Positions 12,799 to 26,460 of a stretch of DNA of 64,000 bases are shown piece after piece. Position numbers and translations under genes: made by a program. Each line of letters starts with the position of its first letter. Within the stretch, counting starts at the first letter, position 1. The DNA comes from Lama glama. Lineage: Eukaryota. Under the pieces are notes generated by a model, which did not search any database, was not told the DNA's origin, and saw nothing but the letters and a program-made list of their open reading frames with translations. The stretch lies in NCBI GenBank assembly GCA_028534125.1, contig CM052816.1, positions 69,380,001 through 69,444,000 on the forward strand, in the 5' to 3' direction.

Positions 12799-14057
12799 GT
12801 GGCCATACCTGGCCATGTGTAGGGATTGAAGAGGAGGAAACTGGTCTATATAGAGACAAGAAAAGAAGACAGGAGGATGGGAAGGTAATGTTAGTTTTCC
12901 ACCACCTGTTTCCACTTCCTTCCAAAGATCTGACTTCTTTTTCATCAATGAGTTCTAAGGAACCCTATTAACAAATTTCTTATCTTTTCTTGAGTTAACC
13001 TGGGCTTTAACTCTTTAGCCACAAGGATAAGTAGTTAATAGATTTTTGACATCTTCTTCAGAAAGAGGAGAATCAGGGCCACAAAACCACAATCCTGATC
13101 ATAGCCCTTACATGTCTCTACCAATACTCACCCCCAACCCACTCACTTTCCACCATTAAGTCTGAAAGGGGTGGAAAATCACCAAGAAAATTCCCTCAAG
13201 ACAAGGTGGAAGAAGGGACGTAGGGCAGGAGATCATTAACACTAACTGAGATAACCCTCTTACAGTATGGAGGAAATGGGCATTTTCAGCTAAGTTAACC
13301 AAAAAAGAAAAAAAGCTGTAAAGGTGTAACTTTGAAGCAGTTAAAAACAAACTATGGAAGAAATGTGTTCCACTGGCTATGTAAGCAGCAGAGGGATAAA
13401 CTACAGAATATATTTCTACGTTTGGTGGCCTCTAACATTCAAACATATTTTAGCAACATACCTTAGTTGAACACCTACTATGTGCCAGGTCTGGAAAAAG
13501 CACTGGTTGTACAAGGGTAAAAGCCTCATCCCTTAAAATCTGACAGAAGTGCAGGAGGCAAATAATGAAAAAGAAGCCTAGAGATAAACACTCAGGGTAA
13601 AATTTCCTTGACTTGGGTTGTACCATTTTTCAGTAAAGAAAGGCAGTAGCAAAGGACAAAAAATGTTTCCAGTTACCAAAGCACTGGAACAATAAGAAGA
13701 TATACCATTTCTCAAAGAAGGACTGGAATTCTTTGAAAATTAGGCACATTTTGAAATGAGGAAAGGGACTACCTAACACACTGAATGTAACTACCAAGAT
13801 TTACCCAGAGAAGAGTGAAAAGGATCGGGCACCAAGGACAGCAGGAAATTACCAGTAGCTTCGTCTCCTCAGAGCACCAATTCTAAGCCCAGCCTCTCTA
13901 AAGCCTGCCTGAGACGTGTACGTGGGCTGCTGGTGAGGTGTCCTCTGGAACCTGAGCTCCCCGTGGACCTCTCCGGGCCAGCTTGACTCCCGGAGACACA
14001 ATCTAGACACCATGGTCTGCCGCCTCTGTTTGAATTCCATCTCAGTTTCTTTTGACT

Positions 14058-14978
<921 letters not shown>

Positions 14979-15776
14979 GGAGTCCAGGTTTTTTCTTAGT
15001 TTTGTATCATTACTTTCTTTCCTTCTGTCTATCCACCAAATATGCTATAACAATAGTGTTTTTTAGGAATCATTCTTCATACAGTAATGGAAAGATCTAT
15101 TCCTTTCTGAGATCACACAAAGTATTTTTCTATTCATGTTTGCCTCTGGAAGATGAAAGAGCCACAGTAGGCAAACAGTAGCTCCGCAGAGGGACTCTTC
15201 AGGGACCAGAGAGGAAGCACAGCTGGAGCCCAGTGGCGTTCATCCCAGTCACCAGGAGAGAAATTAACAAGGCACCTCAGTCAAGGCCAATCTGCGGACA
15301 AAATGAGGTTCTGCTTAAGAAAATCATGCCTCCAGTTTACACTGCCCAGAAGGACCTGGCCTCAAAAATCAGGTTTGGTTTAAGAATTAAATGAGGGGTG
15401 CAGAAGCAGGAGATGCACCATATGGGCAGTCATTACTGGGGCAAAGCAAGAGGAAGTGGCTGTGTTCTATCCAGGCTTTCAAATTCTGCTGTCCACCTCT
15501 ACCTGGCCCTGCAGCTTTAGCCCAACCTGTCCCTACAGGCAACCCAGCAAGATTCCTCAGTTTCAGCCTTATCCGCTGATCCTCGTGATACCCCAAATCA
15601 GGAAGATCTATGCTTGTTTCTGAGGCCCAGAGGGCCAGCATATCTTTCAGCTGCTTTTATCAGCTAAGTGGCAAGTCAGGGTCCTGCCCTTGTCTCCTGT
15701 ATAGCCTCAGCCCTGGCCTCTCTGAGCTCTAACTAGGGCTTTATAAGCTATCGTGCAGGAGAAAGCCAGGAATTCT

Positions 15777-15875
15777 TTATTATTAGTTTTTGTTTTGTAA
15801 TGGAGGTACTGGGGATTGAACCCAGGACCTTGTGCATGCCAAGGGTGCACTCTACCACTCTGCTATACCCTCCCC
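15777..15875 (-). mobile_element. tRNA-Ala-derived SINE (Vic-1-like, short tail)
   Basis: tRNA-like head on the minus strand. 16-bp TSD gaaag(c/t)caggaattct at 15761-15776 and 15879-15894. Confidence 0.9.
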
Positions 15876-16529
15876 ATCGAAAGTCAGGAATTCTAAAAGC
15901 CCATCAGCCCGGTTGACCGCATACATCTCAAGGACAGAGCTCTAGATCATACTAGACCTTGTAGAGGGACCTCTTCACCTTTTCCTCACTATTCTTTGTT
16001 TTGTCTGATTCTTTACTCAAACCTCTGTTCCCTTTGTTCGGTGCAACTCTGAAATAATAGCTATCTGCAAAGAATCTGACCTACAAGTTCACATATTACA
16101 ATTAAACTTATGTGTACACACATACACTGATCTACACACATGTACACACATATATATCTGTATGAGGGTGTGTAAATGTACAGAGGAAGGAAGTTTAAAG
16201 AAGAAAATAAGTAAATACTCTGGGTCTTGATGTATCTCATCTGTAGAACGGGAATGAAACAGGCCATGTCACAGGGGTTTGTTTTGAGAATTCATTGAGA
16301 TGTCTACTAACAAAAGGCCTGGCACATATTGATGGCAGAGTAAATAAAATATCATTATTTAAATAAATCTGGCCACCTCTCCTTTCACATTCTGTGTCAT
16401 GGGGAGGGATTTTTTTTTTTGTCCTGAGAGTGCTGGACAAACAAAGCCTACACAGCCTGCCCCTGACTACCTCTCCAGAGTTACCTGTTCAAAATGAAGG
16501 AGGTTCATACACATTGTCTCAGTCACAAT

Positions 16530-16740
16530 AATATCTAGTGCTCTGTGGCCCTCCCAACGTCCCTGGCACTGTTCTTGGGACTTTGTATCAGCTCATTTGA
16601 TCCTCACTCGAATCCTATGAAGACATTTTATGATGACCTTACTTTGAGGAAATGAGGAAACAAGGGCACAGAGAGGTTACGTCAACTGCCCAACATACAG
16701 CTGAAAAGGGACAGAGTGGAATTTAGATCCTTACAGACAG
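16530..16740 (-). mobile_element. MIR SINE
   Basis: cctggcactgttct...ctcatttgatcctcac...atgaggaaacaagggcacagagaggtta. Confidence 0.65.
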
Positions 16741-16784
16741 GGTTGTCTGTGCTAGAAATAGTATGTGACTGAAAATACTCTGCT

Positions 16785-17215
16785 CTGGAGAAACACTTGC
16801 TCATGTTTACAAGGAAGCACAGACAACTACATTCATCACAGTACCAATATGTGCAAACTGGGAAATCAATAGGGAACTGATGACATTTGCCATGGCATGT
16901 TCATACTATGGAATACCATGTTGAATTGTTTGGTTTGGTTTGGTTTGGTTTTCAATGTGAAGTCATGGAACAGTGTTCCAGAGATACTGGGTGAAAATTT
17001 AAGTTGTGTAGTATATGCAGAATGACACCATTTATTTGAAATATGACAAAGCCCCACATTTTCAATAGACAGTTAACTGTGTAACTACAGATGTATAAAA
17101 TGCAAAGGTGTTTTAAGGAACTGAAAATGGGAGCCAAGTTATAGCACATTTTGATGTCTGCATGTTAAATTTTTTTAACAATGAAAATCCATTCGTCTGT
17201 TATCTGTTTACTTAA
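16785..17215 (+). mobile_element. Old L1 (L1ME-like) 3' fragment
   Basis: gagaaacacttgctcatgt...cattcatcacagtac...catgttcatactatggaatacca...ataccatt-like 3'UTR motifs. Boundaries approximate. Confidence 0.5.
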
Positions 17216-17236
17216 ATGATTTACGAATATACTTCT

Positions 17237-17365
17237 TTTTTGTTTTTTTAGTGGGGGGGTAATTAGGTTTATTCATTTATTTATTTAAATGAAGGTGCTG
17301 GGGATTGAACCCAGGACTTCATGCATGCTAAGCACGTGCTCTACCACTGAGCTATACACTCCCCC
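17237..17365 (-). mobile_element. tRNA-Ala-derived SINE (Vic-1-like)
   Basis: Minus strand reads gggggagtgtatagctcagtggtagagcacgtgcttagcatgcatgaagtcctgggttcaatccccagcacc, with intact A and B boxes. TSD tatacttct at 17228-17236 and 17368-17376. Confidence 0.92.
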
Positions 17366-18321
17366 TTTATACTTCTATTTAATAATGTGAATTTGGCCTA
17401 TCTTCTCACTTCTTTCTACATCTTTCAGTTTGTTTATCTTGGAAAAATGGATTCTGTTGTGCTGTGCTTCCATCTTTCATCCCTGGAAAAGTTTCTCTAA
17501 TAATCAGCCTTGGAGAACTGGGTCCCTGTTCCCAAGCCTTCCTGATTCATTCCATGTATTTGCAGACTTAACTCTAACATCCTAACTTGTCTTTCTTCCC
17601 AAGTTAGAGACAAGAAACTCTCTAGGAAAAGGTGTAAACTTGAGGGCGAGGTGAGTATCTCTGATATCAAACCTCTTGAAAACCTGATTTAAAAAGTTAA
17701 CTTATGTATATATTAGTGGACACGTACTAAGAATGCAATCAATGAAAAATGTGATTAAAAGGGACTAAATAAAGATGCTTTTGTAATAATACAATCAATA
17801 AAATGGGCATTTCCGTACCATTTCTCCTTAGCGCTTTCATGTCATTAAAAGGCATGAAAACAATGACTTTCCCATCCAGTGCTGTAAATCGCTGATGTCT
17901 GCTCCCACTTGGTTGGAGAGTGGGAACATCGGTGGATATAGGGCTTTATTTGCTTGATTTAAACTCACATGAACATCCCAAACCCACAAGTGTCTGCCTG
18001 CAGGCTGTCTGTCCCTTCCATCCACCCTGGGGCCCTCTGAGGTGGTACTCAAGCTGTCCTCAGCTAACTCTGTCCCTTGATGGGACCGCGGAGGGTTTCC
18101 TGATCCTGTGTCTCTTCACTATCACCCACCTCTTTCCTATTCAAGGGAACCTTGTGTGTTTTGATTGCCTTTCTTTTGTTCTGTGGTTAACCTCCTTGGG
18201 CTGAAGTTGTATCAGCTACAGAGTTCTTTTTTCTGTCCCTTTCATTTCAACTTCTGGCTTTTCAACTCACTTTCTTCATTTTTTGTTTGTTTGTTTGTTT
18301 CATTTATTATCCAAATACTGA

Positions 18322-19556
18322 TGTCAATGAAAAAAGTAATCAATAGTCAATCTAAAAAAGAAAAGGAACATTTTATTTGAGCCAACCTGAGGATTGTAAC
18401 CGGGAAGACTGTCTTTCGGAGAGCTCCAAGGACTCTTCTGAAGTGATAAAGGGGAGGCCAGTATATATGATTTGGACAAAGGGGTGCATGCAATCAGGCT
18501 CACGTCTTGGTAGAAGGTTCCTGCCTTTGTGGGGAACAGATATCATAGTTAATGGGCTTAGTACTTTTCTAAGTATGAGGAGGTGCAATGAACTGGATTC
18601 CTAACATTTTCTCTTGAAAAGCTCTGAGGGCCAGTTCTGCTAGTTTTCCTGGAGCACAAACTGCCTCATCCTAATCTTCACCCCAAATTCCTTTCAGGGT
18701 GGACTGTAGATTAGCAACTGCAGTGGCCGATGACTTGATTCTTGTAGAACTAGATGGTAGGCAACATTCTTTATTCTGTAGTCTTTTCCCTTTCAGTCTT
18801 AATTTTGACTGAGGCTTGGAAGGCATTTTGTGACTGATTTGTCCCATGGTTCTAGGATTGCTCATTCCCAGGTCAGGCGAAGATCTCGTTGATAGGCCAC
18901 TCGATGGGCTACTATTGGACTAGGCCCTGTTAATAGGAGCCTATAGACTCTGGACCTCCTGTCTTGCTAGTCTGTTATGGTCCAGGACATGGTTCTCTCT
19001 TGTTGCTTCTTCCCACATCTAGAGTTACACTATTACAGTCATTGATCTCATAGAATGATATATTTAGTCAGTCGCCTAGCCATCATTATTTTTATCAAAT
19101 GCTCAGTCACACATTTTAATGAAAGAACTGATAATCTTTTAAAGTAGTATTTAAGCTAAGAACTTCCATCAGGTGCATTCCAGTACCTCTTCAGATTGTC
19201 TGACCTGTCTGTTCTACACCAGTCTGTTCATTATCTTTAAGGGAAGTGATATGTTGACATTGTACATAAAGTTCACCAAAGATATCTGCATGCACAAGGT
19301 GAGTGGTGGGTCATCGTGACCCCTTACAGGACTGAGAAAGGCATATTATCTTCTAAGGAGTTACGTGGCTGGTGCCAGAAGGAGGAAATTTGATCTTTAT
19401 GGTTGAACAGGTATTTCTGCTACTGAGGGGGTCTGGTTAACGCATAATGCCGGTGCACAATGCACACTAGAGGGGCTGGAAGAGGCCCAAATTGGCAAAG
19501 AAAAATTTTATATTTAAAATTTCCTTGACTTGCCTAAAAAAATGAATTTTTCATCA
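18322..19556 (-). mobile_element. Long ERV1-like solo LTR (about 1.2 kb)
   Basis: TG...CA termini (tgtcaatgaaaaaag / gaatttttcatca), a near-perfect 4-bp TSD (ctga 18318-18321 / ctaa 19557-19560) and a minus-strand AATAAA near 18372. Confidence 0.65.
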
Positions 19557-19825
19557 CTAACAAATCAATTATTTTTATTCTTTCTTATTATGCTGTTTAT
19601 TAATAGCAAAAAAAACGATTAGAAGTGCCTGAGCCATCAACACTTAATGGGATGAATTGTTTTGAAAATGTCTAGGATTTTTCTTTACATCCTTAACTAT
19701 GTCTCAGACTCCGAACTCCTTCAAATTAAACTTGCTTTAGGTCAACAGAGGGATCTTTGGCCAGTGAGTTGACAGACTTCATTAGCTTGAATTTGTTTTA
19801 TTTAGTTAATGGTATTAACCATTTT

Positions 19826-20675
19826 GTTGTGAAATAAGATATATATGTATGTATGTGTGTGTGTATATGTGTGTATATGTATATACATACATGTACACAC
19901 ACACACACACTGGTCTCTGCTCCTGGTTCCTGACGTAGCCCCCCTAAAACTCTTGTAAATTCCTAAGTGATGAGAGCACTGGAAGGATATTTTGTTCTGA
20001 TGAGGTGCTGGATGGGGCTGGTCACCAGAAAGTCCAAGCCATAATTAGAAGCTTGGAGTTTTAAGTACCCTCTCCACACACATACTTTCTCAGAGAGAGG
20101 AGAGGGGCTGAAAATGGAGTGAATAATTATAATCATGACTACGTGAGGAAGCCTTCATAAAATTTCAGTGGTAAGGGGTTCCAGGAGTTTCCAGGTGGTG
20201 AACACGGCCACATACTGGGAGGGTGGTGCACCCCAGCTCCACAGGGACAGAAGCACCAGTGCTCAGGACCCTCCCAGACCTTGCCCTGGCTGTTTATCTG
20301 TGCATCATTCATCGCATCATTTAAGAAACTGGAAACATTTACTTACAGTAAATATTTCCCTGAGTTTTGTAAACTGCACTGGCAATTAATCAAATCCTGG
20401 GAACCTACTACTTGAAATTGGCATCTGAATTAGAGAGGGAGCAATCTTGTGGGACTGAGCCCTTCACCTGTGGGATCTGATGCTGTCTCCAGGTAGAGAG
20501 TATTGGAACTGAGTTAAATTATAAAACACCCACATAGTGTCACAGAATTGCTTGGTACAGGGGGAAAAACCCACACATTTGGTGACTAGAAGTGTCAGAG
20601 GTGAAGTATTGTGAGTGTAGTAATCATGTGAGAGTAAAGGAAAAACTCAAGAGAGAAGACTGGGTTTTACTCACT
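19826..20675 (+). mobile_element. MER21-like LTR with an internal TA/TG/CA microsatellite (about 19839-19910)
   Basis: tggtctctgctcctggttcctga...ctaaaactctt...ggggctggtcaccagaaag...cagctccacagggacagaagc...cttgtgggactgagccctt...acccacacatttggtgactagaagtg. Confidence 0.8.
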
Positions 20676-20947
20676 CTTCTGTTTTACTATACACCATGAG
20701 ATATATGAGGTATTTCAGACACTTTGAGGTAACAAGTTCTTATGCCTTGGATTTTGTTATATTAGAACTTGAAACATATTTTGAAATAGAAACATTGCTT
20801 CTAATTAATTGTGTGAGACAACTGAGTAAATGAATAACTTATTATAGACGGTATTAGACTTATAAATAGCCTAGGTACCAAATGCTTGGTTATAAGCTCC
20901 TCCTACCTTAAGAATCAATAGAATGTCAGTAAAGTTGACATGTCAGG

Positions 20948-21293
20948 TTTCTTAGGCAGTTCAGGCTGCTGTAACAGAATGCCACAGGCTGGATGGCTTA
21001 AACATTAAACACTTATTTCACATAGTTCTGTAGGCTGGATAGCTAGGATCAAGGTGACAGCAGATTCAGTGTCTGGTGAGGACCCGCTTTTCACTGTGTC
21101 CTGTTCACTTTTCATGTTGGAAGGGGCAAGGGAACTATCTGGGGTCTTTTATAAGGGCACTAATCCCATTCATGAGCACTCCACCCCTATGACCTAATCA
21201 CATCCCAAAGGCCTCCCCACCACAAATATCATCACATTGTAGATTAGGTTTCAATGTACAAATTTTGGGGACACAAACATTCCATCCATTTCA
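20948..21293 (-). mobile_element. MaLR solo LTR (MLT1A0-like)
   Basis: ttcaggctgctgtaacagaatgccacaggctgg...aagggcactaatcccattcatgag...gacctaatcacatcccaaaggcc...ggggacacaaacatt. Confidence 0.85.
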
Positions 21294-21344
21294 TAAGGAT
21301 CATTCATAAAGTACAGTAATCTCATATGTTTTAATCTAAGTAAC

Positions 21345-21763
21345 ATCACAGGTTGTGTTTTATAGAAGCAGTTGCTGAGACAGTCTGGGGGCTGTCAAGA
21401 TAGTTGTCTGGGGGCAACAAGATGTTGATTGGGGATCAAGACCTGTGAAAGGAAGATAAAACAGGATTTGGCAGAGGGAGAAGTCAAACAATGATGCAGA
21501 CTTGACAAAGCCTGGACCAACCCACTCAGGAGCTCTGGAGCAAGTATTTACTGTTAGGCTTGGACAAGAGGACAGGTCCTTTATACCCACCTTGCTCAGC
21601 CACTGGATGGGGTTCTCATGGAAGGGCAAGGAGGCTCTTTGCAGCTGAGGCAGATTCTTAAGAAGTAGACAGCTAGAGACAGTCTGCTATCACATTCCTT
21701 GCATCTGGGCAGCAGGTCCTGCCTTGAACAGCGGTCTGCGTGGTGCTTCTCCATGTCTATAAC
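21345..21763 (-). mobile_element. ERVL LTR16A-like LTR
   Basis: gaagcagttgctgagacag...acctgtgaaaggaag...gcagagggagaagtcaaac...ggagctctggagcaag...tcagccactggatggg. Confidence 0.7.
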
Positions 21764-23321
21764 ATGGCATTTTCCAAATTGTGTTCTAGAGAGCTAGCCT
21801 TCTGCAAGATGTACTGGCGGTATCCCAAATTTATTTGTCCATGTAGTGCCCACTCATAGTCCCCTATCATGGAAATCAGACCACACGTGAGAATATTAAG
21901 TCTCTGAGAGGTCATCTGCAGTACTCAGACCTATTTGACATTGTCTAACACATTGGTTACCACTCATTTAACTGTAGAACACTTTTTGGGGGGCACTAAT
22001 GACATTTCTTGGAACACCAAAAGAACTATGCTGTCCAGCACAATGGACTTAGTGAGTATCTAGACCTTTTTTGGATAGAAACCTCAATTCTTCCTGATGA
22101 TGGGAACAACTCCCTGGTTAGGAAGAAAGTCAAAGCTTTGCTTTATTTAGTCCCTAAACCTCTAAAGAGAAGTATGCTTATATTTTCTCCCATCTGAATA
22201 GCTTTTAAGTGGTAGTAAATTAAAACAAGTTAGCTAACAACCATTTTCTATAACTAATCATCATAATTATAGCTACTGCCTAAAACTTGAAGCACAGGAA
22301 GAAAGTCCCCATGAAAATAAGGCAGACACCCAGTAGAGCTGTCCAAACCCACACAAATGAGCCAGTTCCACACACGATCGTCACAGTCACTCAGCTACTC
22401 AGTGCTTTTAGCTAGAGGATTAAAGGGAAGTTAATCACCATTAACTCATCTTGCTGGGAGTTGGTTTCTTTTCTGCCTCTGATCTGTAGTACTGAAAGGA
22501 GCAAAGAACAGGAGTCAACAGAAAGAGGGACAGATTTTATGACTTTCATTTGCCGAAGTTGCTAAAGACATGAGTTTTTTTGTTTTTATTGTAACCAGAA
22601 TGTTCCAAGCCTCCTATACTCAAGCCTCATTTCTTTGCTGCCAAGTTTACCTTTCTTCCCACTTGGCTGGCTTATTGGCTGCCACCTACCGCTACAGATC
22701 TGGAGTCTGTAGCCCAGTACCCCTTGGGCTCTCCCAGAACAACCTTGGAGATGTGAGTGGGGGTGGACAGCTTCCTTCTAAGGTTACCCTCTGCCCTTCC
22801 TATTGCTATTTGCTGCTTCTAGATAGTCCATGGAGGCTGCCCGCACAGCCAGAGCACTGCCTACTGCTGCAAATCCCTCCACTTGCTAAAGGGACGTGTG
22901 TGGCCTTCTGGCCCTTCCTTCTCCCCAAACACTGTACAAGGCACAGCCCAGAAACAGAGACAACCTGTCTCCAGCTGTGTCACACTTGGCCCTCTAAAGT
23001 TAGAGATGCAGTGGTCTGTACCCCAAGTCTCAAATCACTAATATCGCCAGCTCCTTCAACTGCCATTGAGTACCCCAAAACACAGCAATCAGTGCTAGTC
23101 CCTGATGCTGGGCTGGGAGTCAGGGAAACGAAGAAGGTAGTAGTGTCACCTTATTAACCTCTTTCCCCAACAGAGAAACGTCTTCTTTCCCTTTCTTTCT
23201 CCATGCAAATCACTCATGTCATTTGAGGCTATGGGACCAGCAGTAGCCCAAGCAAAAGCATAGTGGAAAAAATTGTACCCCTGCCCAACTGGCTCAAAAA
23301 GAGTTTTTCCTACCATGTGAA

Positions 23322-23416
23322 TCAGCAATTCCTCTTCTGGGTGTACAGCCAAAGGAAATGAAATAAGTACCTCAACTGCACTCCCATGTTCACTGCAGCA
23401 TTACTCACAATAGCCC
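23322..23416 (+). mobile_element. L1 ORF2 3' fragment abutting the gap
   Basis: cagcaattcctcttctgggtgtacagccaaaggaaatgaaa...cccatgttcactgcagcattactcacaatagcc (PMFTAALLTIA). Confidence 0.8.
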
Positions 23417-23516
23417 NNNNNNNNNNNNNNNNNNNNNNNNNNNNNNNNNNNNNNNNNNNNNNNNNNNNNNNNNNNNNNNNNNNNNNNNNNNNNNNNNNNN
23501 NNNNNNNNNNNNNNNN
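23417..23516. other. Assembly gap (100 N)
   Basis: Run of N. Confidence 1.
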
Positions 23517-23964
23517 GGGGGGGGGGGGAATCAAAGTTTTTTCTTTCCAAAGATTCAGAGTCGTTTCCAGTGTCACTGGGAGCAAGGGTGGATCTTCCGT
23601 GGGCATGTCAGCCCAACGTCTCAGTGATACCCTCCTGCTGCTCCTGTCCGTGAGGCACATGGGAAGTTCAGGGGATAGTGAGCTGCGTGCTTACTATGGA
23701 CAGGGTGACAAGCCCACACGTGGTGACCCCAACTTGACCCCTCATCTTGCTTCCCATCGAGGAAACCATGAGACACAGCTGGTGGGAAAAGTGGGTGGGG
23801 AAAACACATTTCTTTTTAAAGCTTCAAAAGATTAACATGCTGCATATTTTTAAATTACACATTTGAACAGAATATTTGTTTATGCTTCCTGGGAAGAAGA
23901 CAGTAACTAATGTTGACCATGCCCGGCCCAGAACTCAGATATATACAGTTCCCTCGGTGCTAAA

Positions 23965-24361
23965 GGGCTCTGCTTCTCTGCCTGAGGGTGTTCTCTGGGC
24001 AAGGGGCACCTGCCTGCAGGGCCCGGGAAGGTACAGAGGAAGTAACACACTAGGATCCACTTTCAACCAAAGAGGGGCAGGAGTTTGTAGATAAATACCC
24101 CAACTTTTGCTTCTCTCAGCAGGACAACTCTGAGGTGTGTTCTGCAGTTTCTCTGCGGGCCCCCAGGGGGTTAGACCCCAATTGTCCAGAGCAGTACCCT
24201 GTTCATAAATGCAAGCTTTATTGGTTTGGTGTGTTTTGTTTTTTTTTTTCCTTTTCTGTCTCACTCACTCTGTCACCACATTTCCTGGGTCCTCTCTCAA
24301 ATAAATAACCTCCATCCAAATCCTCACTTTAGCGTCTGCTTTTGTGTGAGCCCAAAGACAG
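23965..24361 (+). mobile_element. ERVL LTR16C-like LTR
   Basis: ctgcctgagggtgttctctgg...ataaatacccca...ggacaactctgaggtgtgttct...caaataaataacctccatccaaatcctcactttagcgtctgctt. Confidence 0.7.
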
Positions 24362-24645
24362 AAACCATGTACATAAATCTGGGATTTTCAGAGCTTTCAT
24401 GTGCAGTTCTGCAGACCTTCTGCAGTGTTGGCTGCTGAAAGGTTTTAATAGAATCACCTGATTTATCAACATCTGCAAGAATTCCTCTGTCCTTCATGGC
24501 CCAGGAGGAAATGGTGAATTGGCTAGCTAAGAGTAGCCTGCAGCTGAGAGTAGTAAGAAATGACAGTAAGACCTCTCTCCAAAGAGAAGGAGGTGGTTTT
24601 AAAAAATGCACGGAGGCAGTTGAACCCTAGAGGGTCTGGCCAGGA

Positions 24646-25142
24646 TGTTGCAGAAAAGTGTGTTAAAGCTCAGTGTTACAGCAATCTGGATCCAGGTGAG
24701 AGACCAAACAGCACTCGGAGATTTGGAGAACTCAACTTTACAAGGCCAGCAGGCCCAGAGAAGTTAACACTCCAAGCTCTGGACCCCATTTGTAGGTTTA
24801 CACAGGCTTTTATAGGCTGCCAGTTTACACTTTGCAACATCATATGCAAATAAGGTATAACAAAAGTTGACTAATTAGGAACAAGCTTTGTAGAAATGGG
24901 CCAATCAGGAGGTAGAGAAATAACCAATCAGGAGTGAGCTCCATGCAAATGAAGTACTACAAATGGACCAATCAGGAGTTAGCTCAGGGAACAAACAGAA
25001 TTTTAGGAGTAAGTTCCACTTTCCTAGAAGTAAGCCATTTCAGAGGCAAAAAGTGAGACAGGGAACTGCATGGTGCTGGCAGGAGAGTAGTGGCCCTTCC
25101 TGGGGGTCCTGCTGGTCTTTTTTTATGGGGCTTCCCACCTCA
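24646..25142 (-). mobile_element. ERV1-like solo LTR (497 bp), probably relatively young
   Basis: TG...CA termini with a perfect 4-bp TSD agga (24642-24645 / 25143-25146). Minus-strand TATAAAA at 24814-24808, three ccaatcaggag repeats and two octamers. Confidence 0.85.
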
Positions 25143-26039
25143 AGGACAGAAGGAGACACGGCCATCTGCAAGTCCTTATGGATGAGTCCAGCTCAGCTGA
25201 TGTCTCCAAGTTTACCGGCAGTTGCTTAATGTCATTGGGAGATATGGAAAAAAGCAGAAAGCATGCATTAAAAAGTGAAAATTGCCTTTTGTAAACCTGC
25301 TGCAGCCAGCAGCAGAGGAGGGAGCAATAGAACGGGATCAGGCGAACCAGGCCGTGTCCGAGCATCTGGGAGAGGCTACTCACAGTCCCTGTGGGGTCTC
25401 ACTGTCAGAGCAGACTGTGAATCCTCACTGTTCCGTGCAACCAAGAGAGGAGGCCCCTCTGGAATCAAAAGGCCATTGGGAGAACACCTAGTAGGGACAG
25501 TGAAGGATGGATGGGTGGGAGGAGCACGGCTGAGAGGTAAGGCTGACTTGAGGCTCACCACCAGGGCTGTGTATTTGCCTGAGTGGGTCTCACGGAGGGG
25601 AGGAGGGAGGTCCTGAGAGAAGGACCTTTGACACTACAGGGACCGTGGGGGAGAGAGGAGACAGTCGTGGGTTCAATTTGGCATTGGGTGCCCTGCCCAG
25701 GAAAACAAAGCCTGAAATCCATGCAGAGAGCAGCAGTCGGCCCATTTCTGACCCAATAAGGACCGAAGGCATGGCTTTCCATTTAGCATCTGGAAGCTCT
25801 GGCAGCCTGAGACTCAGTGTCCTCGGCAGGGTAGCCGGGTCCAAGAGGTGACACATGACAAATGGGCACAAGGTGGCCCAGCTGACACAGGCTGACTTGT
25901 GAACAAGTGAGACACTGCCTATGCTTCCCTAGGAAGGTGTGGCGGAGGGGTTCTTTAGAGGGATGAAGTCTTCCCCTCGGGAACTGGGAATGAGCCAATG
26001 AATACTGGGTATAAATGCTAACAAAACCTGCTCCCATAG

Positions 26040-26460
26040 GCTGCTGGTACCGAAGTGCCGTATGAGAAAGGAGCGGCTTTGTTTCAGCCGTTCTCGCACG
26101 TTAGCATGAGGAGGAAGGCCTGATGGGAAAGAAATACGTACCGGTAACTCAAGGCTTTTCTGGTGGAGTGTGAGCTGAGCGAGACCTGCGGAAAAGCCCC
26201 TTAACTGGGCTGCTCCAAAGGCGCCAGACTTCCCAGGACTCTCTTAACAGAAGCTCCTCGGGAACTTCAGATATCTTGGTTCAAGCTGCCAGGCACGGAG
26301 CGTCCACTAACACTGAAGAGCGAAAGGTAAGGAACCCCATCGCTTGCTTCCCTGTGACTGCCGTAAACAAAAGTTCGTTTTCCTAAAACTTTGCTGCCAG
26401 TTTCTACCAAGCGCGCGGAAAATAGAGCTAATCTCCAAATGAAAAGCTTACCACCGCGCC
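26040..26460. promoter_or_regulatory. CpG-rich, promoter/enhancer-like patch
   Basis: About 23 CpGs in 420 bp by manual count, against a CpG-depleted background. TATAAAT at 26010-26016 and a splice-donor-like AAG|gtaagg at 26326/26327. Confidence 0.45.

Noticed and set aside
17290..17365. tRNA-Ala(AGC)-like sequence (also near 2500, 15800, 43470 and 62860)
   Set aside because: These are SINE heads with A-rich tails and mostly clear TSDs, and their stems are mismatched, so they are not tRNA genes.
22570..23157. 195-aa ORF
   Set aside because: No recognisable domain. Its Leu/Pro/Ser/Cys-rich composition is typical of chance ORFs, and there is no supporting gene structure.
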